The notes: generated by a model from the letters alone, not told the origin. Shown: positions 1 to 13,219, numbered from the stretch's first letter. The stretch is DNA of 59,379 bases from Prasinococcaceae sp. CCMP 1430 (GCA_013416795.1 RQSC01000033.1:399702-459080); one strand, 5' to 3'. Translations and numbers: made by a program.

Positions 1-660
1 CGCCGCACGCGCGCCGTGTGCCCGCCACGCGCAGCCAGCGCAACTGCGCCGCCGGCGGCGCCGCCGACGGACGCGGGAGAGGAAAAAGCGGATAAGGTGC
101 GCGTCCGCACCGCGAAACATGAACAAATGGCAACCCGAAAATTCGACGGTCCATGACTTCACGCCGCGCGAATGTGTGCCCAATGCCGCACCCAAATTTC
201 GGTGTTGGGCCTCGCGATACCAGCGCTCGCACACACCGCGTGCGCGTGCACTGTACCACGTACGTCCCGCGTCCCGCGCGGCCACGCACTACACACGGTA
301 CCACTCTCGAGCTGGAGGCTACGCTCTGCCTCATCACCACCTCTAGCGAGAGTCACCGCATGGGGAGGCGAGCGACGTGGAGCTGCGTCCGTTACAGAAG
401 GAGCTCGCCTGCCCTCCACACCCTTTCGTCAAAGCCGCTTGGTGGCACTCGGGAGCCGCGCCCTACGAGTTGTAGGCCATGGTGAGCCTCTCCTCCAGCT
501 TCGCGTTCGCCTTCTCGATGACGGCTGCGCCGGACGCGCGCGGGAGAGCGGGGGCGCAGGGCACGCGCGCGCGAGCGCGTCAGCGCCACGAGACAGGGGA
601 GCTGCCGCGCGCGCGGGCGAACAGGGCGGCCGCACGATGCCGCGCGCAGCGCAAGGCGCA

Positions 661-1407
661 TCAGTTGGACGCACAGAAGCTGTCGACCATCCTGTAGTAC
701 TTGTCCTGATCCTCCGTGACGAGGCTCTTAGGCGCGACCACGAAGGCGCCATAGAAGCGGCCGCCGTAGGCCGTCACTGACACCAGCGTGGTATCTTTGT
801 CTGTCACGAGCTCGTAGCAGTAGTACAGCTGATCGCCCAGGGTCTTCTCATAGTCCTGCGAGAGGCGCAACGCGCGTGCGTCCGCCACACGTGTCAGCCG
901 GGCCGCCGTCGCGCACGCGGAGCTACGCGCCGCGCGCACCCCTCCCTCGTCGCCGCACCCACCTTGTAGTCGAGCTGCTGGTAGATCTTGTCCTGCAGCT
1001 CGATGTTGGACACCGCGAGGTTCTCCAGCACCTCGTCGCGCTCCTTGCCCAGCTTGGCGAAGCCTGGAATGGACACGACGTAGTACATCTCGCCGCGCTT
1101 GCCGCGCCAGCGCGAGTCGACGCCCTGCGTGGCCTTCTCGATCTTGCCGATGGTGTCCTGAACGTAGTAGTCCGGCACCTCGTACAGGTAGCGGAAGGCG
1201 TCCAGGCCGGCGGACTTGTTGCCAGTGGCCCCCCCTCCGTAGCTCGACGCCGACGCCGCCTTGCCGTAGAAGCGCTTGAAGCCGTCGTCGAGCGGCTCCG
1301 GGTTGTCGAAAGCGAGCGCGGGCGGCGGCGCGAGCGCGGGGGCGCTCGCGGCGGCCACAAGCGCGGCCGCTCCGCCCAGCAGCGCCGATCTCCGCCCGCC
1401 GTCCGCC
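661..1407 (-). CDS. PsbP-domain-like thylakoid lumen protein, 5' end lost in N gap; exons <1407-963 and 855-661
   Basis: Twin-arginine Tat signal RRSALLGGAAALVAAA...ALA, followed by FKRFYG...FRYLYEVP and YYCYELVT...LVSVTAYGGRFY...MVDSF, a PsbP-family-like pattern. GT-AG intron 962-856 joins the two frames. Confidence 0.65.
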   Translation of the reverse strand, partial: GGRRAEIGAAGRSGRACGRRERPRARAAARARFRQPGAARRRLQALLRQGGVGVELRRGGHWQQVRRPGRLPLPVRGAGLLRSGHHRQDREGHAGRRLALARQARRDVLRRVHSRLRQAGQGARRGAGEPRGVQHRAAGQDLPAARLQGGCGDEGGVRAARSSACATAARLTRVADARALRLSQDYEKTLGDQLYYCYELVTDKDTTLVSVTAYGGRFYGAFVVAPKSLVTEDQDKYYRMVDSFCASN

Positions 1408-2096
1408 NNNNNNNNNNNNNNNNNNNNNNNNNNNNNNNNNNNNNNNNNNNNNNNNNNNNNNNNNNNNNNNNNNNNNNNNNNNNNNNNNNNNNNNNNNNNN
1501 NNNNNNNNNNNNNNNNNNNNNNNNNNNNNNNNNNNNNNNNNNNNNNNNNNNNNNNNNNNNNNNNNNNNNNNNNNNNNNNNNNNNNNNNNNNNNNNNNNNN
1601 NNNNNNNNNNNNNNNNNNNNNNNNNNNNNNNNNNNNNNNNNNNNNNNNNNNNNNNNNNNNNNNNNNNNNNNNNNNNNNNNNNNNNNNNNNNNNNNNNNNN
1701 NNNNNNNNNNNNNNNNNNNNNNNNNNNNNNNNNNNNNNNNNNNNNNNNNNNNNNNNNNNNNNNNNNNNNNNNNNNNNNNNNNNNNNNNNNNNNNNNNNNN
1801 NNNNNNNNNNNNGTGCCCAAGGTGGGGCGGCGTCGCCCGCATCGCTCGCTGGCACGGAGGGCCCGCGCATGCGCGCGCACCGCACAGGGGGCCTTGCGCG
1901 GCCGCGGGGCCGCGGCAACGCGGCGACTGCGGGGAGGAGCTCGGTTCACCCCTCGCCGGCGTTCGAACAATGAGGCGGCGCAAAAATGGCAATGACGGCA
2001 TGCTTGCCAACACGCGCCCGACGCGCGCACGCCCCGAGCGAACGCCCGCGAGGGTCCGCACCGCCTGTTAGCTCTTACTGTCATTTCACAAGTCTA

Positions 2097-2865
2097 CTAC
2101 AACGGCCGCGGGCACGGCTTGACGTCCCAAATGTCGTCCGCGTACTCCTGGATGGTGCGATCGCTCGAGAACTTGCCGCTGCCAGCCGTGCTCATGATGC
2201 TCATCGTGATCCAACGCTCCTTGTCGAGGTAGGCGGCGTCCACCTCGTCCTGCGCGCGCAAGTAGTCGTCGAAGTCGTGCTGCAGCAGGTAGAAGTCGCT
2301 GTCGAGCGTGTCGAGCATGGGGCCGAAGTACTCAGCCCAGCCGAAGTCGCCTGAGCGCACGCTGTGCATGGCGGCCTCGAAGCGCTCGCTCCCGCGGCGG
2401 TACTGCGTGCCGTCGCGCACGCGCATCACCTCGTCCTTCGACGCGCCGAAGATGAACATGTTCTCCACGCCGATCTCCTCCGCGATCTCCACGTTGGCGC
2501 CGTCCATCGTGCCGATGATCACGCCCCCGTTCATCACGAACTTCATGTTGCTCGTCCCGCTCGCCTCCGTGCCCGCCGTGGAGATGTGCTGGCTGAGCTC
2601 CGAGCCCGGCACGATGACCTCGGCGAGCGACACGTTGTAGTCGGTCATGAATGCCACCTTGAGGTACGGCGAGACGTCGGGATCGTTGTTCACCACCTCG
2701 CCCACCGCGTTGACGAGCTTGATGATGCGCTTGGCGGCGTCGTAGCCGGGCGCAGCCTTGCCGCCCAGCATCGCCATGCGCGGCACGACGTCCTTGCGCT
2801 CCTCCGGGCTCATCCCCTTGATGCGATGGTAGCGGTCTATCAGCGACAGGATGTTCAGCAGCTGC

Positions 2866-2903
<38 letters not shown>

Positions 2904-4958
2904 GAGCGCGCCCTCCGGCGGGGTGACGCCGCAGCGCTCCTCGAGCAGCGCCGCCAGGCGCGCCTTGTTTGCCTGCTTGGACGCCCACCACTTCTTGCGG
3001 AACGCCTTGTCGTTGACGTGCTCGCGCAGCCCGGAGAGCAGGTCGAGGTGCGTGGTCCACATGGAGGTGCCCAGCGCCTCGGTGATGGTGTCGGCGAGCG
3101 TGGGGTTGCAGAATGCCAGCCAGCGGCGCTGCGTGACGCCGTTGGTCTTGTTCTGGAACTTGTGGGGCCAGAGCTCGTAGAAGTCCTTGAAGATGGTCTC
3201 CTTGATGAGCTCCGAGTGGATCGCCGCCACGCCGTTGACGGTGTGGCTGGCCACCAGCGCCAGCGAGGCCATGCGCACCGCCTTGTAGCCCTCGTACTCC
3301 TCGATGATGCTCATGCTGCTGATGCGGTCCCAGTCGTCGCCGAAGTGCGAGCGCACCTCCTGCAGGAAGCGCCAGTTGATGTCGTAGATGATCTGCATGT
3401 GGCGCGGCAGCAGCTGCTCCACGAGCTCCACCGGCCACTTCTCGAGCGCCTCGGGCAGCACGGTGTGGTTGGTGAAGGAGAAGACGCGCGTGGTGATCGC
3501 CCACGCCGAGGTCCAGCCGAGGCCCTCGTCGTCCATGAGCACGCGCATGAGCTCGGCCACGCCGATGGTCGGGTGCGTGTCGTTGAGCTGGATGGCCACC
3601 TTGTGGGGGAACTCGTCGAAGTTCTCGTGGTGCTCCTTGTAGCGGCGGATCATGTCCTGGATGGAGGCGCTGACGAAGAAGTGCTGCTGCTTGAGGCGCA
3701 GCTCCTTGCCCTGGTACGTCCGGTCGTCGGGGTAGAGCACGGCGGAGATGGTCTCGGCGCGCTGCTTGTTGAGGATGGCCGCCACGTAGTCGCCGGTGTT
3801 GAACGACTGCAGGTCGAAGTCCTCGGCGGGCTTGGCACCCCACAGGCGCAGGTTGGTCGTGTTCTCGGTGCCGAAGCCTGGGATCGGGTTGTCGTACGCC
3901 ACCGCCTCGATTTGCTCGGCCGGCACCCAGCGGAAGCGCTGGCGGCCGTCGTCGTCGTACACCTGCACGTGGCCGTAGAAGCCCACGGGGTAGCGCACGC
4001 TCACGCGCTCGACCTCCCAGGGGTTCCCGAAGGTGAGCCAGTAGTCGGGGCTCTCGTGCTGGAAGCCGTCGGTGATGAACTGCTTGAACATGCCGTACTG
4101 GTAGCGGATGCCGTAGCCCCACGCGGGCAGGTTGAGCGACGCCATCGAATCGAGGAAGCACGCGGCCAGGCGGCCCAGGCCGCCGTTGCCCAGCGCGGCG
4201 TCGTTCTCCTGCTCGATGATGGTCTCCAGGTCGTAGCCGAGCTGCGCGAGCGCCTCCTCGTACTGCGTCTTGAGGCCGAGGTTCGAGACGACGTTGAGCA
4301 GCGAGCGGCCCATCAGGAACTCCATCGAAAGGTAGTACACGCGCTTCGGGTTCGAGGTGTTGAAGTGCGCCTGCGTGTCGTTCCAGCTCTCCATCAGGCG
4401 GTCGCGCACGCTGTGCGCGATCGCCTGGTACGCCTCGCGGTTGTCGAACTTGTACCTGCTGCTGGCCACCGTGTACTCCACGTGGTTGATGATCGACTGC
4501 TCCAGGGACAGCACGTCCGACTTGAGGTACGAGTCCATCAGCGAGAAGAGCAGCTGCGAGCGGTGCTTCTCCTCATCGTCCAGGCTTGCGCCGTCGGGCA
4601 TGGTGCTGGGGGGCCGCACGTCGCCGCCGCGCGTGCTGTGCTTCTTTCTCGCGGCCACGGCGGCCTCGGTCTGCGTGAGCACCGTGGTGAGCACCGCCTG
4701 CACGTTCGTCGCCGTGGCGGGGCTGAGTTTTTTGCCGTCGCCGTCCTGGACGTAGAAGCTGTCCGAGGCGGTCGAGTCCGAGGTGTCGACCTCCGCGCGC
4801 TGCACGTCGAGCCCGAGGTCTTGCATGGTGGCGCACACCGTCTGCAGCAGGCCCGGGCGGTTGAACGCGGAGATGCACACGAGCGTCGCCGTGGGGTCCG
4901 CGTCGTTGTCGACGGTGACCTTGAGGGCCGCGACATTCTTTCCCTTCTCCTTGGCGGC
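2097..4958 (-). CDS. Alpha-glucan (starch/glycogen) phosphorylase with N-terminal ACT domain; first exon not located
   Basis: GT35 motifs ALGNGGLGRLAACF, QLNDTHP, KRIHEYKRQ and EASGTSNMKF (PLP lysine). The frame extends upstream of the listed ORF (AAKEKGKNVAALKVTVDND) to a CGCAG acceptor at 4959 preceded by CTGAC. Confidence 0.95.
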
Positions 4959-7284
4959 CTGCGAGCGTCCGGCGCCATCGGGTCAGCGGCGCGCGCCGAT
5001 GATGGACGCAGGCGGGCGCGGGCGTTTTTACGGTTCGACCTCCCAAAATGCGGCATTCCGGGCTTTCTCACGCCCCACACATCATCAAACCAAACCGCCG
5101 TTGGTGTGCTGGTTTTTGCTCGAGGCCAGCGCGAAGATCAAAACTCAACGCGCCGTTTTTGCGTGCATTCTGATACAACAAACAAAAAACATTTCGTGTG
5201 ATTTATCGTCACATATTCCACCGACAATTCCCCGAGTGTGACCTGCAAAACACATGCAGTTTGGTTGGTGCTCAGAAAAAAAAAAGAGTTTTCCGGAGCT
5301 TTGGTTGGACCGCATCAATCGAGCGGTGGAAGGGACGCTCCTCCGCGCCGACGAGCCCCGGTGCACAGCTCCGGCCAGGCCCCGCCAGCTCGGCTCGGCG
5401 AGCGCTGCACCGACCGACCCAGGCTCCGCGTCCGACCGACCGACCGAGCCTGCAGCGGGCGTGCAGCAGGGGCTGCCAGCCCGCCAGCGGGGTGCCTCCC
5501 TGCGTTCGTCGTTCGGACCTCATGGCGGCAGGGGCGCCCGCGTCCGACCGACCGAGGCGCGAGCTAACGGGCGCGAGGTGGCGACGCCACCCACCGACGC
5601 CAGCCACAGCCTCAGCTGTGCACGGCCCGAGCCGGCCGGGGACGCAGCCACAGCTCCCAGCCGCTGAAACGTTCACGTTCGCCGCGCGCCGAATCGAACT
5701 CTGCAGATTTTTAAGAACCTTTGGGTCGAGGTCAAAAGGCGCGGGAGGTGATGCGAATATTCCGCGAAACTGCCTCGGCGGCGGCGGCGGGCAAACGGCG
5801 CACTCGCGTTCGGGGAACCGCGCGGCGGCGCTGCCGCGGCGGGCGGGCGGGAGCCCCCTGCACCCGCGCTCCCCAGGCATCGCCCTGCGGGCGCCGCGCG
5901 CACCTCGCGCCCGCAGGCCCGCGCCGCGCCAGCGCGCACAAACCCCAAACACGACCCAAACCCACACGCGCCACTCTCATATCAAAAATAAAGATATTGG
6001 AGGGCCGGAGGGCGGGCCGCCGATCGCGGCCGCGGACCCTCCGCCCGCGCCACGGGCACGTGGGGCAGCTCTCCCCGCCCCCGCCCTGCTCCTTTTTCTT
6101 CTGGGCGCCGAGCCCTTTTCTCCTTTTCTTCGGTCCCGCCCGCAGCGCGTTTCGATCCAATCGGGGGCAAAGCCAAAAAAAAAGAGGGGCTTTCTTCGGC
6201 GTGTGTTTGCACCATCGCATCCCGCTAACATCGCAAAAGGCCTTCGGAAGGGAGGTTTTTTTCCCGTTTCCGCGGGTGAATGCGTGCGTGCGCCGCCGAT
6301 CGAAGGTGGCGGTGGCGCGAAAAGTGGGTGAGTGCCAGTTCTGCGGAAAGACTTTCGGTGTCGTTCGCGTTGGGCTTTTGTGGTTTGGCGCGGTGCGTCA
6401 GTTCGGTTTGATTGGGTTTTGGGATGGAGGCCCAGGCCTCCGTCGCGTCCGAAGCGCGGAAAAACGGAAAAACGGCAACGCGGGAAAACGGCCCGCGCGC
6501 GCGCGCGCGCGCACGCCGCGCGGTGGCGGAAGGGTGTGTGCGCGCGGGCGAATGCGAAGTGATGGCACCAAAATATCTATTTCGCGCTCGCGCGCGCGCG
6601 CCGGTTTCGCTGCGGCGGCCCGACCCGGCAGTCCGGGAGGTCCAACGCAACCACCCACCCACCCAACCAACCAACCGCCCCACCAACCAACGACGACGAA
6701 CCTGCATCCAGCCGGGCGAAACGCGCGCGCGCGCGCGCGCGCTCGCGGCTTCCCGTCCCCATCCGTCCAAGCCTGACCGGCGCGATCCGCGCCCGATCGC
6801 GCGCCATCGAGCCCGCGCGCCCGAGCGCGTCCGAACCCCGTCCCCGATGGGCCCGAGACGCGACGCGGGGGGGAGAACGCGCAAACTGACCGACCGACGA
6901 CTGACTGACGACGGACTGCCGGCGGATGGATTGTCTTCCGGCGGGAATGACGCGGGCCCGCGCCGGCGCGCGCCGCGAACGCGACGCAGTTCGGGTTCGC
7001 ACCATACGAAGAATAACACAATGAAATATGATATATTTGATAAACCCTCATCAAAGGGGTCTCGGTCGTAACGATGTAAAGTGATGTGTTGGTGTTTAGG
7101 GTATGTGCCGAGGGGGAGGGAGGCTCGGTCGCGGAGGGGGCTTTTTCCCCCCCGGGCGCCGCCCGCCGCGCGCGCGAAACGAAAAATTCAAACGCGCGCG
7201 CGCGCGTTAACACCGCCATCAAACGCCATGCGCCCGGCCCGCCCGAGCGCGCGCGCGCGCGCGCGCCGCGCGCGCGGCGCGCGN

Positions 7285-7545
7285 CCCGCGGCCGTCGAGC
7301 AGCAGAGCGCCGCACACGGCGCGCACTTCCGGCGACCTATCGGCTAGGATGCGCGACACGACCACCGGGTAAGCGCTCCTCACCACCTCAAAGTCTGGAT
7401 CGAGTAGAGAAGCGGTGCCCTCGAGTGAGCCCAAAGCGCGCGCCACCAGAGACAGCTCCGCTGGCAGCTCGAAGTCGAAGTGCCCCAGCGCCTCGCCCAT
7501 ACGCGCCATAAGCCCTTGGAAGTCTGCGCGGCCCGCGCCGCCGAT
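7285..7545 (-). pseudogene. Fragment of ABC1/UbiB-like atypical kinase (C-terminal region)
   Basis: FQGLMARMGEALGHFDFELPAELSLVARALGSLEGTASLLDPDFEVVRSAYPVVVSRILADRSP matches the recalled ABC1K post-kinase motif. No kinase N-lobe is found upstream, and the fragment ends at the single N at 7284. Confidence 0.6.
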
Positions 7546-7550
7546 GCGAA

Positions 7551-10191
7551 ATGGGCGGGGCGCGGCCGAAGGGGGCCGCCGGCGGCGCCGACCACAAGCA
7601 AGGGGGATGGACCTCCGCGGAGGACAAGATGCTCGCGGAGCTGCAGGTGCGCGCGCGGCCGCAGAGGGCGCGAGCGCGCGCGGCAGCGGAAGTTGAGGCG
7701 CCCGGCGCGGCGCCGGTCGCCCGTGCGGGCTCGAGGCGCAGCTGGCGGCGCTGACACGCGCGATATGCGCCGCGGGCGACGCGCAGGGGAAGCTCGGCAA
7801 CAGATGGAGCGCCGTGGCACAGCACATGCCCGGTCGCACGGGCCAGCAGTGCGCGCAGCGCTGGCGGCACAAGGTGAGGCGCGCGCCCAGTGTTCCCGCA
7901 CGCGCTCTCGGCAGGTCGCAGCGCCCTGCGCGACCTCGCGCTGACGATTGCCGTGCCGCGCGCGTGCAGGTCAACCCCATCATCAGGAAGGACAAGTGGA
8001 CTGAGGAAGAGGACCAGAAGGTGCGCCTCGCTGCCCACCCCCACCCCCATCCCCGGCGCAGCGTCGCGCGAGGCCGGCGCCGCGTGCCCTCGCTGTGCGC
8101 AACAGTCTTTTTCGGGGGGAGAATTTTTTCGGGGGGGAAGGGGTGCAGGGGAAACGCCAGTGGCGCGCGCACACGCGCGCCAGGAGGGGGCACGCGCGCG
8201 CGCGCGCGCAGGTGCGTCTCAGCCGGACCTGCTACCGGCGATTGGCACGAGCATGCCAGCTACCGCCGCGGGGGGGGGGGGGGGGGCACTCGCCCTCTCC
8301 TTGACGCGCGCGGCAGCCCCGACGCGCGCTCCTCGCGTGCGCGCGGTTTGCCCCGGGGAAATTCAAAAAAAAAACCGCCGGAAAATTTTGCGGCCCGCGG
8401 CGCTGCCGTAACGCCCTGGCGGGCGGGACAGAGAGAACCAATGCGCCTTGCGGGGCGCCGCACAAATGCGTCCCGTCTCTGCGCGTCGCAGGTGAACCCC
8501 ACCCGCACAACGTGCCCCCGACCGAGCGCGGACTGCGCGCGCCCCGCGCCGACGCGATGCAGCGCCAGCGCCGCGGCGGCGGGGCTGGTAGTGCGCAGCG
8601 CAGGGGGCCATGGCGCAGTGTACTGACCCCTCTCCGAATGCGTGCACATGCTTCCTCTCTCTCTCCTGCTTTCCTCGCGCCCCTGCTCCCCCCACCTGTG
8701 CGCATGCCGCCCGCCCCGCACTGCCCCTCGCGAACGCAGCTCGCCGATCTCCACAAGGAGTATGGCAACAAGTGGGCAGAGATCGCGCGGCGGCTGGAAG
8801 GGCGCACCGACCAGCAGTGCATGGGCCGTTGGCGCCGGCACCTCGACCCTAGCATCAAGAAGGAGGCCTGGGCGAAGGACGAGGACCAACTGCTCCTCGG
8901 GCTGCACAAGCAGCATGGGTCGAGCTGGGCGCTCATCTCCCAGTCCATCGAGGGGCGCACGGCGCAGCAGTGCCGCGCGCGCTACTTCCAGATGCAGTGC
9001 TGGGACGCGGACCGCCCCAACAAGGCGTCCTCGCAGCAGAAGCAGCAGCAACAAAAGCAGCAGCAGGCGACGGGCACCGTCGCAGCTGCCGCCGCGCACG
9101 CAGCCGCGATGCTCGCAGACCAGCCGCAGTCTGCCGCCGCGGCCGCGGCCGCCGCGGCCGCGTGTGGCACTTGGTTGGCGCAGCTCAGTCCCGCGCAGGC
9201 CGCCGCTGCCGCCGTTGCGGCCAGCCAGGCCACAGGGCAGGGCGTGCAGGGCCAGGCCAAGCAGGACGTGACGGACGCCATGAACACCCTCCTGGCGACT
9301 CCCAACTCGATCCATCAGATGGCGGCGGCCCTGGCCACGTACACGCCGGGCTCGCTCCTCGGTCAGCAGCACGCTGCCGCATTGTGGAGCCAGGGCATGT
9401 TCCCGCCTCCCAGCGCGGGTGCCGGGGGCGTCAGCGCGGGAGCGGCGGGTGGGGGCGCGGGGCCGAGCGGGACCGCTGCCGGGGCGGGGGGGAGCAAGCA
9501 CGCGGCGGGCGCTGGCGCGGCCGGGCGCGGCGGTGTGGGCATCCTGCGTCCGGGTGCGCCGCCGACGCCCAGCGCCGTGCTGAGCACGCCGGGCACCGGC
9601 CATATTCTCAACCACCTGCTCGGTCTGCCATCCGACTCGCCGCCCACGCCGCCCAACCTTTTCAATCTCGGAGATCCGGCAGCGCTGGGCGGGCAGTTCG
9701 GCCACTTCACGCCGCCGGACGGCGCCGGTGGCGCAGGAGGGGGGCCGGGCACCGTTGGCAGCGGGGGCAGCGGAGGGCACAGGCTGAGCCTGGACAACGT
9801 GTCGCTGCCGCGCTCGCTCGACGAGTCGCCTGGCACAGGCTCAACGCCGGGCAGCACGGGGAAGACGGGCGGTGTCGCAGCGGGGGCAAAGAAGCGGCCG
9901 GCGGAAGGCAGGGCCACCGAGAACGTCGAGTGCGTTGGCGGATCGCCCGAAAACGATGGTGCTCCGCGTGTGAAGCGGGCGCGCGGGGGCTTCGCACCTG
10001 CCGAGCTCACGAGGCACGGCGTCTTCGCGACGCCGGCGGTGGGCGCTAAGACCGCCTCGGTGACGGCCGCAGCGGCGCGCGCCGAGGAGGACGTCTCGCC
10101 CGATGCGCTCCTGCCGCGGGCGCCAGGCTCGGGCGGCTCCGTCGACGAAACTCGCAGCCGGATGTACTCCCTGCTCGACTCGGCGCAGTGA
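7551..10191 (+). CDS. Three-repeat MYB transcription factor; exons 7551-7646, 7787-7873, 7970-8020, 8740-10191
   Basis: Spliced product contains three Trp-spaced repeats: GGWTSAED..GNRWSAVA..GRTGQQCAQRW, DKWTEEED..GNKWAEIA..GRTDQQCMGRW and EAWAKDED..GSSWALIS..GRTAQQCRARY. All introns are GT-AG, phase 0. Confidence 0.9.
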
Positions 10192-10427
10192 GAACGGCGG
10201 CAGCAGCACACATCCACCCTAGTTAGCTTGGCTGCAGCAAACAGACGAATGACAGTGACTGACACTACATATAAACCTCGCCTTTGGGGCACATATTACG
10301 CTTGCACGTGCGCGCGCATGCCGCGCGCACTTGCAGAGTTAGTTGTGATGGGTGGGGCGTTCTCAGCCAGGAACGGGGGAGGCGCGCCGGCTGGACGCAG
10401 CACTGCCCAGGCGCGCTCGATCCTCCT

Positions 10428-13219
10428 TCACCTGTTCTTCGGCTGATTGCTGAGCTGCTGGATGAGCGACGCGGCCTGCCCAAGGAGCTGGTTGTACAGC
10501 TGCGTGGGGTCGCTGGAAGGCTGCTGGGCCTGCGGCTGTGCTGGCGGCTGCGGCTGCGCAAAAGGTGGCTGGGGTTGATGCGGCATGCCGCCACCCATGC
10601 CGCCCCACTGTTGACCTGGCACCTGCTGCTGCGGCACCGACGGCAGCTGCTGGGAGGGCATCTGCTGCGCATGCGGTTGTAGCGCTTGCTGCGGCATGGC
10701 TGGGTCGTATGGGGCGCTGGGATTGAAGCCGCCCGTGGCGGGGAGAGGCGGGGGTTGCTGCTGCTGCTGCAGCTGCTGCTGCTGCTGCTGCTGCGGCGGC
10801 GGCGGCAGCATGAATGGCGGCGGGACGGACTGCTGCTGACGTTGCATGGTGGGGGGCTGCTGTGGTTGTTGCTGCGGCAGCACGGAGTTGTTGGCGTAGC
10901 CCAAGCCGCCACCCATGCTTCCCGCCATTCCCACGGCCTGGCCGGCGCCAGTGCTCTGAACGTTGCCTCCCACGCCCATGGGGGGGGCGGTCGGCTCCGA
11001 TGGCAGCACCTGCGGCCCAGCGTTCGACGCCATCAGCACGCCGAAGAGCACGTCGTTGCGCTGCGACTGGATCGCCATGCGCGAGAAGTCTGAGGGCGGC
11101 ACCGCAAACATCGTGGCCTGCCCGCTGGGGAGACGAGCCACAGCCGCGCGGCCACGCTCGGCGAGGTAGTTGCCAAACTCGAAGAAGGCACTGCGCTCGC
11201 TGGCGTCGACGGCCTCCAGTGTGATGACTGCCGCGTCGGGCGTGACATGATTGGCCAGCGTCGCGAGTTCGGTGCGCGCGACGAAGCTGATAGCATCGGG
11301 GAGGATGTGCTCTTGGCGCAGCGTGCCACGCAGCAGTGTAGCGCGCGCACGGCACACAGGAGTGCCGCTCTTGGTGAGCACTCCCTGCCACACCACTGTG
11401 CCTGGCTGGACGTTCGCGAGCGGGTCTTTGCTGGCCTGGCTAGGCGCATCGGATCCAAGACGCGCTCGCTTTGCGCTTTGGTTGTACCCATGACCGATGC
11501 CGCCGTCCCCGCCATAGCCCATGCCTGCACCTCCGTCCATGTAGCCACCCTGACCGTATCCAAGCTGGCGTTTGCCCTCGGAGAGGCCCTGCGCCTGATG
11601 CTGCTTTACCACATCGTCGGTGATCTTCGACTTCGAGTACTTCAGCAGGATGCGCGGGTTGTTGAAGAGCCTTCCCCCCTGCAGGTTGGCCATGGCGGCC
11701 ATGGCGCTCGACAAGGTGGTGTACTCTACGAAGGAGTAGTCGCGGTTGGAGAAGGTCTTCAGGCGCAAGATCTCACCGAAGGGTGCAAACGCGCCCCGGA
11801 GCTGCCTCTCGCTAAGCTTCATGCCTTTTGGCACGCCGACCCAGAGGACCGTGGTGGGATCGCCGGCGTCTGACATAGCGTGCGTCACCTTTCGACCAGG
11901 CTCGGGCACACCGCCGCCCATCGGCGGAGGGGCGTCTCTTTCCCTCTTGGGGCGGCCGCCGCGCGTGCCGCGACGAGTGGCTCGCCCGCCGTCGAGCCCC
12001 GCTGGGTCACCACCAGGTCCCGACGACATTGCAGGTTGCCCGCGGTCGGGCTGACCGAGCTGAGCAAGCGCAGCGCTGGGCTGGCCAGACTTAGGGACAA
12101 ACTCCATCGCGAGCCCATCGGCGCCGCCCATGTCCTTGCCCTGAAGGTTCGTGTAGGCCTCTACCGCCGCCTCCGTCCACTTGAAGTCAACGAAAGCGCG
12201 GCCACGCTGCGCATGGAAGGCGATCGTGTCAATGTCGCCGAAGGGCGCGAAAAGCTCTTGCAGCTTCTCTTTGGACTGGTTGCTGCCGATGTTGGCCACC
12301 TCGAGGAAGCGCGTCGGTTTGCCGCCGCGCGCAAACTCGATGCGCATCGGGCGGCCGTACGCAGTAAAGCCGTGCATGGCTTGTTGCGCGCGGATCGAGG
12401 CGGCCACGGAGGAGAAGTTGACAAAGCCATAGCAGCGATTCGTGAGCACGGAAACACTCTCGGGGTGGAAGGGCGCGAATAGACGGCCGAGCTCCAGTTC
12501 GGACATGGTGGTGGACAGGTTGCCGACGTACAGGTGGCGCGTGGGAATGTCCTGTGCGCGGGGTTTGGCAGCGCGTGTCAGACTATGGCTGAGCGATCGC
12601 GAGCAGATGGGACGAGTCGGTTGCAAGGGCCAAGTAGGGTTGGGTACGATGAGCGTACCTGGTTGGGCTTTGTGCGCGGCCTCGGCTGCTTAAGACCCGA
12701 GGCGTTCTTGTGCTGCTGCTGCGCGGACGCATCCGTCGCATGGGACTTTGCATTGGCGTTGCCCGGCGATGCCGGGCCGGTAGACTCAGGCGCTCCGGAG
12801 GCGTTGACGGCGTCGGGACCACCGGCGTCACTGGCGGGCGCAGCGGGAGTTGCTACCGCGTTTGGCTGGCCACGTGCATCTGGCGCTGGAGCCGGCGCCT
12901 GCTGCTGCTCTTGCTGTGGATGAGGCGCCTCCGACTTCTCGGTCGGGGGCGTGGCCCCGCCCGCAGCCTCTGCAGGCGCGTCAGACTGCTCAGGCGCTGG
13001 TGCTGGCTCCTGAGGAGCGGCGTTCGATCCCGTGACTGGCGCGGCGGGCTGCGGCTCAATCGTCGCCGGGGCGGACACCGGGGCAGACTCTGGTGGAGGA
13101 GCGGGCGCGTCCGTGGGGTCATCCGCCGGCGCAGGTGTGTTCTGCTGCTCTGGTGCAGCAGGCGCCTGCTCTGGAGCTGCGCTGGGCGCGCCCCCAGCGT
13201 CGTCCTCTCCCTCTGTCAT
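10428..13219 (-). CDS. FPA/Spen-family RNA-binding protein (3 RRM + SPOC); exons 13219-12659, 12551-10428
   Basis: RRMs begin at RHLYVGNL, RFLEVANI and TVLWVGVP. SPOC-like segment VVWQGVLTKSGTPVCRARA...FGNYLAERGRAAVA. Gln/Pro-rich tail. Phase-0 GT-AG intron. Confidence 0.85.

Noticed and set aside
1408-1812. ORFs spanning N runs (also 38856-39205, 53696-53812, 57771-58454)
   Set aside because: Assembly gaps; reading-frame continuity across them is artificial.
2364-5201. 945-aa plus-strand ORF (also 36173-39625, 49173-52148, 49370-52156, 56123-58831)
   Set aside because: These are antisense or alternate-frame shadows of high-GC3 genes with no recognisable motifs.
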